Shown one piece after another: positions 49,435-58,167 of a stretch of 64,000 bases of DNA. This stretch comes from a bacterium (lineage in GTDB: Bacteria; J088; JAWLBW01): positions 1-64,000 of the forward strand of contig JAWLHK010000011.1 of assembly GCA_041690355.1 (NCBI GenBank), written 5' to 3'. The position numbers were made by a program, and so were the translations under genes. The notes beneath the pieces were generated by a model. The model was not told where the DNA came from and did no database searches. It worked only from the letters and a program-made list of their open reading frames with translations. The first letter of the stretch is position 1. The number at the start of each line of letters is the position of its first letter.

Positions 49435-50250
49435 TCACGCCTCGGCGGCTTCGCCCTCTTCGGCGTTGCCCGGACGCGTGACCCCGCGCTCGGACTTCTC
49501 GAGAAAGTCGACGAAGGGATCGACGAAGCGGCTCCCGCCCAGCGTCCGCCGGATCTCCTCGACCGCGTCCTTCATCTTGAGCCCGCGGTTGAAGGCGATG
49601 CGGTAGGCGTCCTTCAGGGCGCGCATCTCGTCGGGCGTGCCGCCGATGCGCTTCAGGCGCACGACGTTCAGGCCGAACAGCTTCGCGCGGTCGCCGTTGG
49701 CGATGCAGAACGGGGGCACGTCCATCGTGACCAGCGCGCCGCCGCCGAGCATGGCGCCCGTGCCGACGCGGGTGAACTGGTGCACGCCCGAGATGCCGCC
49801 GAGCACGACGTCGTCTTCGATGGTGACGTGCCCCGCCAGGGTGGCCAGGTTGGCGAAGACGTTGCGGCTGCCCACGATGCAGTCGTGCGCGATGTGCACG
49901 TGCACCATGAAGAGGTTGTTGTCGCCGACCCGCGTCACCATGCCGCCCCCTTCGGTGCCCGGGTTCATGGTCACGTATTCGCGGATCTGGTTTCCGTCGC
50001 CGATTTCGAGCGTCGACGGTTCCCCATGGAACTTCAGGTCCTGGGGAATGGAGCCCAGGCTGGCGAACTGCCAGACGCGGTTGCTGCGGCCGAGGGTCGT
50101 GTGCCCCTCGATGACGACGTGGGGGCCGATGACGGAACCGTCGCCGATGCGCACGTGTTCGCCGATGACGCTGAAGGGTCCGATCTGGACGTCGGCGCCG
50201 AGTTCGGCCTTGGGGTGGATGACGGCGGAGGGGTGAATCAGTGACGACAT
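49435..50250 (-). CDS. lpxA: UDP-N-acetylglucosamine acyltransferase
   Basis: PQDLKF, HIAHDC, LAGHV, VHQF. Confidence 0.95.
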   Translation of the reverse strand: MSSLIHPSAVIHPKAELGADVQIGPFSVIGEHVRIGDGSVIGPHVVIEGHTTLGRSNRVWQFASLGSIPQDLKFHGEPSTLEIGDGNQIREYVTMNPGTEGGGMVTRVGDNNLFMVHVHIAHDCIVGSRNVFANLATLAGHVTIEDDVVLGGISGVHQFTRVGTGAMLGGGALVTMDVPPFCIANGDRAKLFGLNVVRLKRIGGTPDEMRALKDAYRIAFNRGLKMKDAVEEIRRTLGGSRFVDPFVDFLEKSERGVTRPGNAEEGEAAEA

Positions 50251-50307
50251 GGTTCGCTCAGGAATCGGACAGGGATATCGGGTACGCGGTTGCGTCCGCG
50301 TCCGTTG

Positions 50308-51318
50308 TTAGGTTTTCTCCGGTTCCGCCTTGGACAGCTTCGCCACCTGACGGCGAATCTCGGGAAGCTTCGCGAAGACGCCGGACGAACGGAGCCAGTT
50401 GCGGTAGGGGATGGCCGGCGATCCGCCCCATTCGGTGCCGTCGGGCAGATCGTGGGAAATGCCCGACTGGGCGGCGATGCGCACGCCGTTGCCGATCTTG
50501 AGGTGGCCGATGATCCCCGCCTGGCCGGCGATGATGCAGCCGTCGCCGATGCTCGTGCTCCCCGCGATGCCGGTCTGGCTCACGATGAGCGTATTCTGCC
50601 CGATGCGCACCCCGTGGGCGATCTGAACCAGGTTGTCGATCTTCGTGCCCCGGCCGATGACCGTGTCGTCGAGGGCGCCGCGATCGATGGTCGTCCCGGC
50701 CCCGATCTCGACGTCGTCTTCGATGCGCACCCCCCCGACCTGAGGGATCTTGCGGAAGCCGTCTTCGCCCGGCGCGAAGCCGTAGCCGTCGCCGCCGACC
50801 ATGACCCCCGGCTGCAGCACGACCCGGTCGCCCAGCCGGCAGGCTTCGCGGATGACACACCCGGCGTGCACGACGCAATCGGCCCCCAGGACGACGTCGT
50901 CGTAGAGCACCGCGTTCGCCTCGATGCGTGTCCGGTCGCCGATGCGTACGCCGGCGCCGATGCGGGCCCCCGGTCCGATGCTGACGTCGGCGCCCAGGCT
51001 GGCCGACGGATCGACCGTCGCGTGGGGATGGATGGCGAAATGGCGCGGCGGGCGCACCATGAGGATCTCGACGGCGCGCGCGAACGCCTCGTAGGGATTG
51101 GGCAGCCAGACCAGGCGTTTCCCCGGCTCCTCGATTCCCTCCATGACGAGCACGGCGTCGGCGCGCGTGGTGGCCAGGTGGGCGAAGTACTTCGGATTCG
51201 CCAGAAAGGTGATGCTGCCCGGTTCGGCGGTCTCGATCGGCGAAACGCGCGTGATCTCGGGATCGCCCTCACCGACGACCTTGCCCCCCAGCCGCGATGC
51301 AAGTTCAGACAGGCGCAA
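50308..51318 (-). CDS. lpxD: UDP-3-O-acylglucosamine N-acyltransferase
   Basis: ITFLANPKY, DGYGF, KIPQVG, IDRGAL, KIDNLVQIAHG. Confidence 0.95.
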   Translation of the reverse strand: MRLSELASRLGGKVVGEGDPEITRVSPIETAEPGSITFLANPKYFAHLATTRADAVLVMEGIEEPGKRLVWLPNPYEAFARAVEILMVRPPRHFAIHPHATVDPSASLGADVSIGPGARIGAGVRIGDRTRIEANAVLYDDVVLGADCVVHAGCVIREACRLGDRVVLQPGVMVGGDGYGFAPGEDGFRKIPQVGGVRIEDDVEIGAGTTIDRGALDDTVIGRGTKIDNLVQIAHGVRIGQNTLIVSQTGIAGSTSIGDGCIIAGQAGIIGHLKIGNGVRIAAQSGISHDLPDGTEWGGSPAIPYRNWLRSSGVFAKLPEIRRQVAKLSKAEPEKT

Positions 51319-51320
51319 GC

Positions 51321-51860
51321 TTACTTCTTGCCCCCGGCCGGCTTGCTGCGCGCGTTGTACAGATCGAGCACCTTGGTGGTCAGATCGTTCTTCTCGGGCG
51401 CGTAGAGGATGCCCCCCTGCTGCTTCTCGAGAATCAGGGAGTAGCCCTCTTTGCGGGCCAGCTCCTTGAGAATGCCCTGCACATCGTCGTAGATGTCGCG
51501 GGTGAGCTGCTGCTCCTTCTCGAAGAGCCCCGTGCGCAGCTCCTGCATGCGGCGGGCGAGCTCTTCGCGCTCCATGAGCACTTTTTCCTGCTCCTTCTGG
51601 AAGGCTTCGGGGCTCAGCACCGTGCGCTTCTTCTCGAGGTCGCCGATCTTCTGTTTGAAGTCTTCTTCGCTCTTCTTGAGCTTCTCGGCGCGGAATTCCT
51701 GTTCCTGGGCAAGCAGGTCCTTGGCCGCCTGGCCGCGCTTGCTCTGATCCAGAATCCGCTGGAAGTCTACGTATCCGATTTTGACTTCCTGCGCGCCGGC
51801 AGGAACCGCTGCGGCCACCAGACCGAAAACCATCAGCGCCAGGGGGAGTTTACGCATCAT
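51321..51860 (-). CDS. skp: OmpH/Skp periplasmic chaperone
   Basis: signal peptide, KIGYVDFQRIL, coiled coil, GYSLIL..ILYA..DLT. Confidence 0.9.
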   Translation of the reverse strand: MMRKLPLALMVFGLVAAAVPAGAQEVKIGYVDFQRILDQSKRGQAAKDLLAQEQEFRAEKLKKSEEDFKQKIGDLEKKRTVLSPEAFQKEQEKVLMEREELARRMQELRTGLFEKEQQLTRDIYDDVQGILKELARKEGYSLILEKQQGGILYAPEKNDLTTKVLDLYNARSKPAGGKK

Positions 51861-52127
51861 GTACCGCTTGCCTCCTCAGCAAAATGACAAACGTCCAGTG
51901 TAGCAAAGAAAGCCGTTCGAATTCCATCTCACCCGCGCCGGGCGACCGGATTCTCCACGCGCGATTTTTCTGGCCAGACGCAGGGCCATAGGCAAGGCCA
52001 TAGGCAGGGAAAGAAGCCGGAACACCGCTTGTGGAGCGCGGCCGGAGCGCCTAGACCTTCACGGGGGAATCGGTGTACACTAACCTTTTAGCGACCCTCC
52101 ACACCCCGCCCTTACTGGTAAAAACGC

Positions 52128-53573
52128 TTGGAATCCCTGACGCTTACACTTACCGCAAAGGACGAAATCGTTTTCGGAACCGACGGCTGGCGCGGCATCA
52201 TCGCCGACAGCTTCACGTTCGAAAACCTGGCGATCGTGGCAAAAGCCTACGCCAAATTCCTCAAGAAAGAGGGGCTCAACAAGGCGGTCGCCGTTGGCTA
52301 CGACACGCGGTTTCTTTCCAAGGAATTCGCGGAGATGGCCGCGGGGGTCATCGCGGCCAACGGGCTGCCGGTGCACCTTTCAAACCAGCCGATCCCCACG
52401 CCGGCCCTGAGCTACGCCGTGCGGATGCTCGATCTCGCCGGCGGGGTCATGATCACCGCCAGCCACAACCCCCCGGCTTTCAACGGCTTCAAGGTCAAGG
52501 GTTCCTACGGCGGCAGCGCCACCATGCCCATCGTGCGCAAGCTCGAGAAGGAGATCCGCACGCTCGGACGCGGCGACTACCGGCCCACAACTCCCCTCGC
52601 CGCCCAGATCGACGAAGGCCTGATCACGGTTCAGGACCTGCGCACCCCGTTCCTCAAGCGCGTCGGCGAGCTGGCGGGGCTCAAGGGGACGGCCCCGGGC
52701 CCCATCGTCGTCGATTCCATGTACGGCGCGGGCCAGGGGTGCATGGCCGAAGTTCTGCGCGCCGCGGGGTACGAGGTCATCGAAATCCGCAACACGATCA
52801 ACCCCTCCTTCGGGGGAAATGCTCCGGAGCCGATCGAGAAGCACCTGGCACCCCTGCGCGAAGCCATCTTCACTCACAAGGCGGGCATCGGCCTGGTGAC
52901 CGACGGCGACGCCGACCGCATCGCCGCCATGGACGGCGCGGGCAACTATGTCGACAGCCATCGCATTTTCGCTCTGCTCCTCCGGTTCCTCGTCGAGTCG
53001 CGCAAGGAAGTCGGCAAGATCGTCAAGGCGTTTTCGAGCACGCAGATGATCGATCGGCTCGCGCGCCGCTACGGCACGCCGCTCGACATCGTGCCGGTGG
53101 GCTTCAAGTACATCACCGAGGTCATGCTGCAGGAAGACGTGCTCATCGGGGGCGAAGAAAGCGGTGGCATCGGCCTGCGCGGCCATCTGCCCGAACGCGA
53201 CGGCGTCCTGAACGGGCTGCTGCTCGTGCGCATGTGCGAAGAAGCGAACACCAATCTGGCCGGGCTCGTCGCCGATCTGCTGCGCGAGGTCGGTCCCCAC
53301 GAATTCGCCCGCCGCGACCTGATATTCACCGAGCACGAAAAGGTCGTGACCACGCGCCGTCTGCGCGACGATCCGCCCCGGGAGCTGGCGGGCATGACGG
53401 TCGAGCGCGTCTCGGAGATCGACGGCACCAAGTTCTTCTTTGAAGACGAAGAGTGGCTCATGATCCGCCAGTCGGGCACCGAGCCCGTGGTTCGCCTGTA
53501 CAGCGAGGCGAAGAGCATGGCGCGCGTCGAGGCCTACCTGGATGCCATGGAGCAGTGGCTGCGGCAGAAATAG
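52128..53573 (+). CDS. phosphomannomutase/phosphoglucomutase family protein
   Basis: FGTDGWRG, TASHNP, DGDADR, GEESGG, SGTEP. Confidence 0.93.
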   Translation: MESLTLTLTAKDEIVFGTDGWRGIIADSFTFENLAIVAKAYAKFLKKEGLNKAVAVGYDTRFLSKEFAEMAAGVIAANGLPVHLSNQPIPTPALSYAVRMLDLAGGVMITASHNPPAFNGFKVKGSYGGSATMPIVRKLEKEIRTLGRGDYRPTTPLAAQIDEGLITVQDLRTPFLKRVGELAGLKGTAPGPIVVDSMYGAGQGCMAEVLRAAGYEVIEIRNTINPSFGGNAPEPIEKHLAPLREAIFTHKAGIGLVTDGDADRIAAMDGAGNYVDSHRIFALLLRFLVESRKEVGKIVKAFSSTQMIDRLARRYGTPLDIVPVGFKYITEVMLQEDVLIGGEESGGIGLRGHLPERDGVLNGLLLVRMCEEANTNLAGLVADLLREVGPHEFARRDLIFTEHEKVVTTRRLRDDPPRELAGMTVERVSEIDGTKFFFEDEEWLMIRQSGTEPVVRLYSEAKSMARVEAYLDAMEQWLRQK

Positions 53574-53583
53574 GCCCTGCAAA

Positions 53584-53707
53584 CCAAGCGCCAAGCGCTA
53601 AGCACTAAGCGCTGACCGGCGAGGGCAGGACGTTCCAGGTCCTTGCCGGTAAATCGTCAATCGCCAATCGTAACTTGCCAGCGCCAAGCGCCGAGCACTA
53701 AGCGCTA
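53584..53707 (+). repeat. heptamer-hairpin-heptamer module
   Basis: AAGCGCY x4, ACCGGCGAGGGC..GTCCTTGCCGGT, AATCGTC-type x3, AGCGCC-type x4. Confidence 0.88.
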
Positions 53708-53722
53708 CGAAAGCATCGGAAC

Positions 53723-53850
53723 CCGTTCGTGTCGAGCCGACGCCAGGATGCAGAGCGGCCTGCGACGGCGAGACAGGCGCATGGGCACTCAGGTGCACCT
53801 CTCGCTGTCGACCTCCACCCTGTTCCGGTCAGTCAGCTCGAGGCGAACGG
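53723..53850 (+). repeat. cruciform palindromic element, copy 3 (128 bp)
   Basis: same ends, inner stem and right arm as copies 1 and 2. Confidence 0.9.
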
Positions 53851-53861
53851 AAAAGGAGACG

Positions 53862-53957
53862 CCCGGTCAAGGCGAGAAGTATCGAGCGGCCCTTGCCGGC
53901 AAATCGTCAATCGTCAAGTGTCTTGATTCGTCACTCGTAACTCGTCACTCGTCACTC
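53862..53957 (+). repeat. hairpin plus AATCGTC/ACTCGTC heptamers
   Basis: CCGGTCAAGG..CCTTGCCGG, then heptamers. Confidence 0.8.
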
Positions 53958-54003
53958 CTCTTGACCGCTCCCCAAGCGGGCCCCAGAATAGGGGAAGGAG
54001 GGG

Positions 54004-54309
54004 ATGTCACGCATGACCAATTCGGAACGCGATCTCAAGCTGCTCAAGCAGAAGATCGATCTGCTCATCGACGGCTATCAGGTTCTCTACATGAAACTCG
54101 AGCAGCAGAACCGCCTCCTGAAGCGGGTTGAAGCGCAGCTCCCGGCGCCCCCGGAGTCCGAAGACCGCGCCGAAGAAGACCAGCTGCTCGCCTCAGCCGA
54201 AAACTCGAAGGTCGTCCGCATGAGCGAACGCTTTCTCGCCCGCGTCCGCCGCACCGCCCAGCCCCCCGAAACCACCGACTGGGACCCCGACGAGCCGCAG
54301 CCCTCCTGA
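54004..54309 (+). CDS. small coiled-coil hypothetical protein
   Basis: GGAGG RBS, GC3-rich codons, heptad Leu pattern. Confidence 0.7.
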   Translation: MSRMTNSERDLKLLKQKIDLLIDGYQVLYMKLEQQNRLLKRVEAQLPAPPESEDRAEEDQLLASAENSKVVRMSERFLARVRRTAQPPETTDWDPDEPQPS

Positions 54310-54310
54310 A

Positions 54311-54615
54311 GCAAGCGCCAAGCGCTGAGCACTGAGCGCCAAGGAAGCAAGGACCTGGCATTCAAGTTCCATTGATGGCCAGGATGGGTGCGCCGCTGCA
54401 GTTCCCCCCTCGGGGGAACGTGTCCAGCAACTCCAACCCTGAGGGAGGGGGGGCACTCACGCAAAGCGCCAAGCGCTGAGCGCTGAGCGCCAAACGAGGC
54501 AAGGGCGAAGTGTTTCAAGGCCCTTTCCGAATACTCGTCACTCATCACTCGTAACTCGTAACTCGTAACTCGTCATCCCCCAAATCGTCAATCGTAAATC
54601 GTCAATCGTAAATTG
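54311..54615 (+). repeat. two heptamer-hairpin modules around a GTTCCCCC-CTC-GGGGGAAC palindrome
   Basis: AAGCGCC blocks at 54313 and 54464; GCAAGGGCGAAGTG; six ACTCGT(C/A)-type units; AATCGT(C/A) x4. Confidence 0.88.
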
Positions 54616-54800
54616 AGTGGAGCGTTTCGTCGCGATCCCCCACGCCTGTGGCCGGGTCGCGACATACCCGCCCGCCGCGCAACCGGGTCCCCATCCACCC
54701 TCCGGCCGGCGTTCGTTCCGGCCACCTCGACCACGACTTCACCATGACGACGCCCGTTGTCTTCTCGCTTCGCCGGGCGGCGGCCGAGGCGCGGCGTGGC

Positions 54801-54816
54801 TGGCACGGATCACGCT
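54801..54816 (+). promoter_or_regulatory. possible sigma54 promoter with upstream palindromic enhancer-like sites
   Basis: TGGCACGGATCACGCT (GG-N10-GC); GTCGCGAT...GTCGCGAC at 54629-54663. Confidence 0.5.
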
Positions 54817-54876
54817 TTTCGCAATCCCGCCGACGTACCGGGCCCTCCCGGCCCGGGCGTCCATGGAGGATTGCCT

Positions 54877-57800
54877 ATGCGTTCGATCGCACGAATGACC
54901 GCCCTGCTGCTGCTCGTCCACGCGGTGCCCGCCTGGGCGAAGACCGAGTCGACCATCTATACCCCGGAGAAGGTGCAGTCGGCGCGCGACAACATCGCCC
55001 GCTACGACTGGGCGAAGTCGGCCCGCGACACGGTCGTGGCCTACGCCGCGAAGTGGGTGGCCATGAGCGATGAACAGATGTGGAATTTGCCCGTCGAGCA
55101 GACGGTACCCCGCACGATCTACGTGAACCAGCATCTCGGCTGCCCCATTCACGGCCGCCAGATCATCGACAAGTATGGCGCCTACGGCGGCTGGAAGGTC
55201 GATCCGGTCAACAAGCCCTGGAAGGTGCAGTGCCCCATCGGCGGCGAAACCTGGCCCACGAACGATTACGCGCGCTTCTACGCCAGCGGCAAGGACGCGA
55301 ACAACGTATTCCAGTTCTCCCGCGCCAACCGCTCGCTGCTCTACTCGGTCGACAGCACACGCAACTACGGCGTCGACGACGGCACCGGCTACGTCGACGG
55401 TTCGGGCAACCGCTACAATTTCATCGCCTACTACGTGCACTGGGGGGTCTGGCAGAACGTCGGCCGCAGCTGGAGCCAGGCCCTCGTGAACCTGGGCGAG
55501 GCCTATGCCATGACCGGCAACCAGGCCTACGCCCACAAGGCGGCCATTCTGCTCAGCCGCATCGCCGACCTGCTGCCGAGCATGGATACGAATTACTGGT
55601 CGTCGCGCGGCTATCCGCAGGGCGACGGCACCAGCGGACGCGGGCTCGTGCTCGGTTCCATCTGGGACGCCAAGACGGCCTCGGCGGTCGCCCGGGCCTG
55701 GGACGCCGTCTGGCCCGGCATTCAGAACGATCCCGCCCTCTATACCTTTCTGCAGGGTAAAGCGAACCAGTACGGACTCTCGACGGTCAATTCGCCGTCG
55801 GCGCTGGCGGCGCACATCCGCATCCGCGCCCTGGTCCCGATGCTGCAGGCGGTGCAGCAGCGGCGCATCCGCGCGAACGAAGGGGTGCACCAGAGCGCCT
55901 ACGCCGAAATGGCCCTCGCCCTGGATGATGCGACGGCGACTCCGCAGTGGCTCGACTGGCTGCTCCAACCGGGCACCGTCTACGACGGCGGCGGACATCT
56001 CCCCTCGGTGCTCGTCGACTGGGTCGACCGCGACGGCGGCACCGACGAGGCCTCGCCGGGCTATACCTGGGTCTGGCTTGAAGCCATCCAGCCGCTGGCC
56101 GACCTGATCGAAGACAGCCCGTACGCAGAAAAATTCTCGCTGACGAAGTATCCGAACTTCCGCCCCTTTCTCTCCTTCCCCTTCTGGCTGCAGATCCAGC
56201 CGACCTACTATCCGCACATCGGCGATGACGGCGCGACCGGCAATCCGGGGCTCGCGCCGGGAACCGACGCGGGGCGCTACGCCGCCGCCTTCCACCGCTA
56301 CGGCTATCCGGAACTGGCGCGCATGGCCTATACGCTCAACGGCAACAAGGCCGATGGTCTTCACGGCAGCGTCTGGGATCCGGGCGCCGACGAGACGGCC
56401 GCCGCCATCGCCGCCGTCGTGCAGAAGGAGGGCGTGATCGAGCGCGGTCCGCTCCTGCTCCCCGGCTACGGCCTGCACGCCCTGACGACGACGACCGAGA
56501 ACCGCGAGCCCGCCGCCGTCTGGCTCTACAGCGGACGCATGGCCAAGCACGGGCACTGGGACCGGCTGAACCTCGGGCTCTACGGCTACGGGCTCGATCT
56601 GGCCCCCGACCTGGGGTACCCCGACTATCCGACCGTCGACAGCCCGAACTACTGGGGCTTTCAGAACAACACCGTCTCGCACAATACGGTCGTCGTCGAC
56701 GCGAAGCGCCAGAAGGCCGTGCGCGCCGGCATGACGCAGGCCTTTCTCGCCGACACCCCGGTCAAGGTCATGGAGGTCGACGGCAACGGCGTCTATGATG
56801 CGGCGCAGACCTACCGGCGCACGGTGCTCCAGGTTCCCACCGACCGCGGCTTCTACGTCGTCGACCTGTTCCGCGTCAAGGGCGGCAGCGACCACCTCTA
56901 CAGCTTTCACGCCGGCCCCGGCGGCGTCACCCCGCAGAACCTCAAGCTCGTGCTGCAGACCGGCGGCACCTATGCGGGCCCCTCGGTCCCGTTCGGCTCC
57001 TTCTATGACGGAACCTGCTGCACCAGCTACACGGGAAGCGGTTTTCAGTTCTTCGACAACGTCTATCGTGACACCGCCCCGCCGGAGTCCTTCGCTCTCG
57101 AATGGGCCGTGCAGGACAACTGGGGGGCCAATGCGGCCGGGCGTGACGTGCGCCTCAAGGTCTGGTCGGCGGGCGACCGGGCTTCGAACGTGGCAATCGC
57201 GCGCGCCTATCCGCCGGCGAACATTCCGGGCAACCCGACCTCGCTGCGCTATCTGCTGGAGCGGCGGGTGGGGGCGGCGCCCCTGACGAGCACCTTCGTG
57301 CACGTGCTCGATCCCTACGAGGCGAGCGCCCAGGTCGCGGGGGTCGAACGCTTTACTCCGGTTCCCTCGACCGACGCGCAGGGATTCCCGCGCGTCGGCC
57401 TCCGCGTGCGGCTGACCGACGGACGCGTCGATACGATCATCCACAGCCTCGAAGCGGGCACTACAACGGTCGCGCCGACGGCCGACGGCGCGCAGCCCGC
57501 CTTCGAAGCCGACGGCCGCTTCACGGTCGTGGCCTCGCGCGACGGTACGATCGAGTGGGCCCACGTCGCCGGCGGTGCCGGGCTGCGGGCCGACGGCCAG
57601 GGCGACGTGCGCAATTCGCCCCCGTGGCGCGGCAACATCCTCGCCATCGACTCTTCCCGCAGCAACGACGTCAGGCTCGACGTCTCGCCGCCGCCGCCGG
57701 CCGGCCGCTGGACAGGGCGCTGGCTGCGCGTGGCGCGTCCCGACGGCCACAACCCGATTTACCGGATCCAGTCCGTCTATGCGACAGCAGAGACGGCGAC

Positions 57801-58167
57801 GGTCCTGCTGGGCCGGGTAAACCCTGTCCGCGGGCACAAGGTGCTCACCGACTATGCGCAGGGGACGGCCGCCGACATCGTCGCGGGCGACGCGTACGAA
57901 GTGCTCGCCGACGCCTGGGGCAAGCCGGGGAGCTTCGTGCCCGAGGCCGACGACGTGCGCTACCCCGACGGCGAAGGGCCGGTGGCCGACGGCGGTGGCG
58001 ACTCCGGATCGACGGGGGGCGAATCGGTCGTCAGCGCGCGCGTCGGCTCGACGCGGCGCTCGACATCCTGCGCGACGGCCCCGACGGCGGGGCTGGCTCC
58101 GCTCGCGGCAAGTCTGGTCTGGATGGGCATGCGCCGCCGCCGACGCGGCGGCGCGCGTCAGGCTTGA
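54877..58167 (+). CDS. secreted heparinase II/III-like polysaccharide lyase with a MYXO-CTERM-like tail
   Basis: signal peptide ..PAWA; HGHWDRLNL..DLGYP..SHNTVVVD; tail SCATAP-hydrophobic-RRRRR. Confidence 0.8.
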   Translation: MRSIARMTALLLLVHAVPAWAKTESTIYTPEKVQSARDNIARYDWAKSARDTVVAYAAKWVAMSDEQMWNLPVEQTVPRTIYVNQHLGCPIHGRQIIDKYGAYGGWKVDPVNKPWKVQCPIGGETWPTNDYARFYASGKDANNVFQFSRANRSLLYSVDSTRNYGVDDGTGYVDGSGNRYNFIAYYVHWGVWQNVGRSWSQALVNLGEAYAMTGNQAYAHKAAILLSRIADLLPSMDTNYWSSRGYPQGDGTSGRGLVLGSIWDAKTASAVARAWDAVWPGIQNDPALYTFLQGKANQYGLSTVNSPSALAAHIRIRALVPMLQAVQQRRIRANEGVHQSAYAEMALALDDATATPQWLDWLLQPGTVYDGGGHLPSVLVDWVDRDGGTDEASPGYTWVWLEAIQPLADLIEDSPYAEKFSLTKYPNFRPFLSFPFWLQIQPTYYPHIGDDGATGNPGLAPGTDAGRYAAAFHRYGYPELARMAYTLNGNKADGLHGSVWDPGADETAAAIAAVVQKEGVIERGPLLLPGYGLHALTTTTENREPAAVWLYSGRMAKHGHWDRLNLGLYGYGLDLAPDLGYPDYPTVDSPNYWGFQNNTVSHNTVVVDAKRQKAVRAGMTQAFLADTPVKVMEVDGNGVYDAAQTYRRTVLQVPTDRGFYVVDLFRVKGGSDHLYSFHAGPGGVTPQNLKLVLQTGGTYAGPSVPFGSFYDGTCCTSYTGSGFQFFDNVYRDTAPPESFALEWAVQDNWGANAAGRDVRLKVWSAGDRASNVAIARAYPPANIPGNPTSLRYLLERRVGAAPLTSTFVHVLDPYEASAQVAGVERFTPVPSTDAQGFPRVGLRVRLTDGRVDTIIHSLEAGTTTVAPTADGAQPAFEADGRFTVVASRDGTIEWAHVAGGAGLRADGQGDVRNSPPWRGNILAIDSSRSNDVRLDVSPPPPAGRWTGRWLRVARPDGHNPIYRIQSVYATAETATVLLGRVNPVRGHKVLTDYAQGTAADIVAGDAYEVLADAWGKPGSFVPEADDVRYPDGEGPVADGGGDSGSTGGESVVSARVGSTRRSTSCATAPTAGLAPLAASLVWMGMRRRRRGGARQA

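Noticed and set aside
50251-50307. fabZ remnant between lpxD and lpxA
   Set aside because: 57 nt with no recognisable FabZ residues
53584-54615. CRISPR array
   Set aside because: Repeats are 7-nt tandem units without regular unique spacers; no cas genes
54739-57837. 1032-aa minus-strand ORF
   Set aside because: Antisense shadow of the lyase gene
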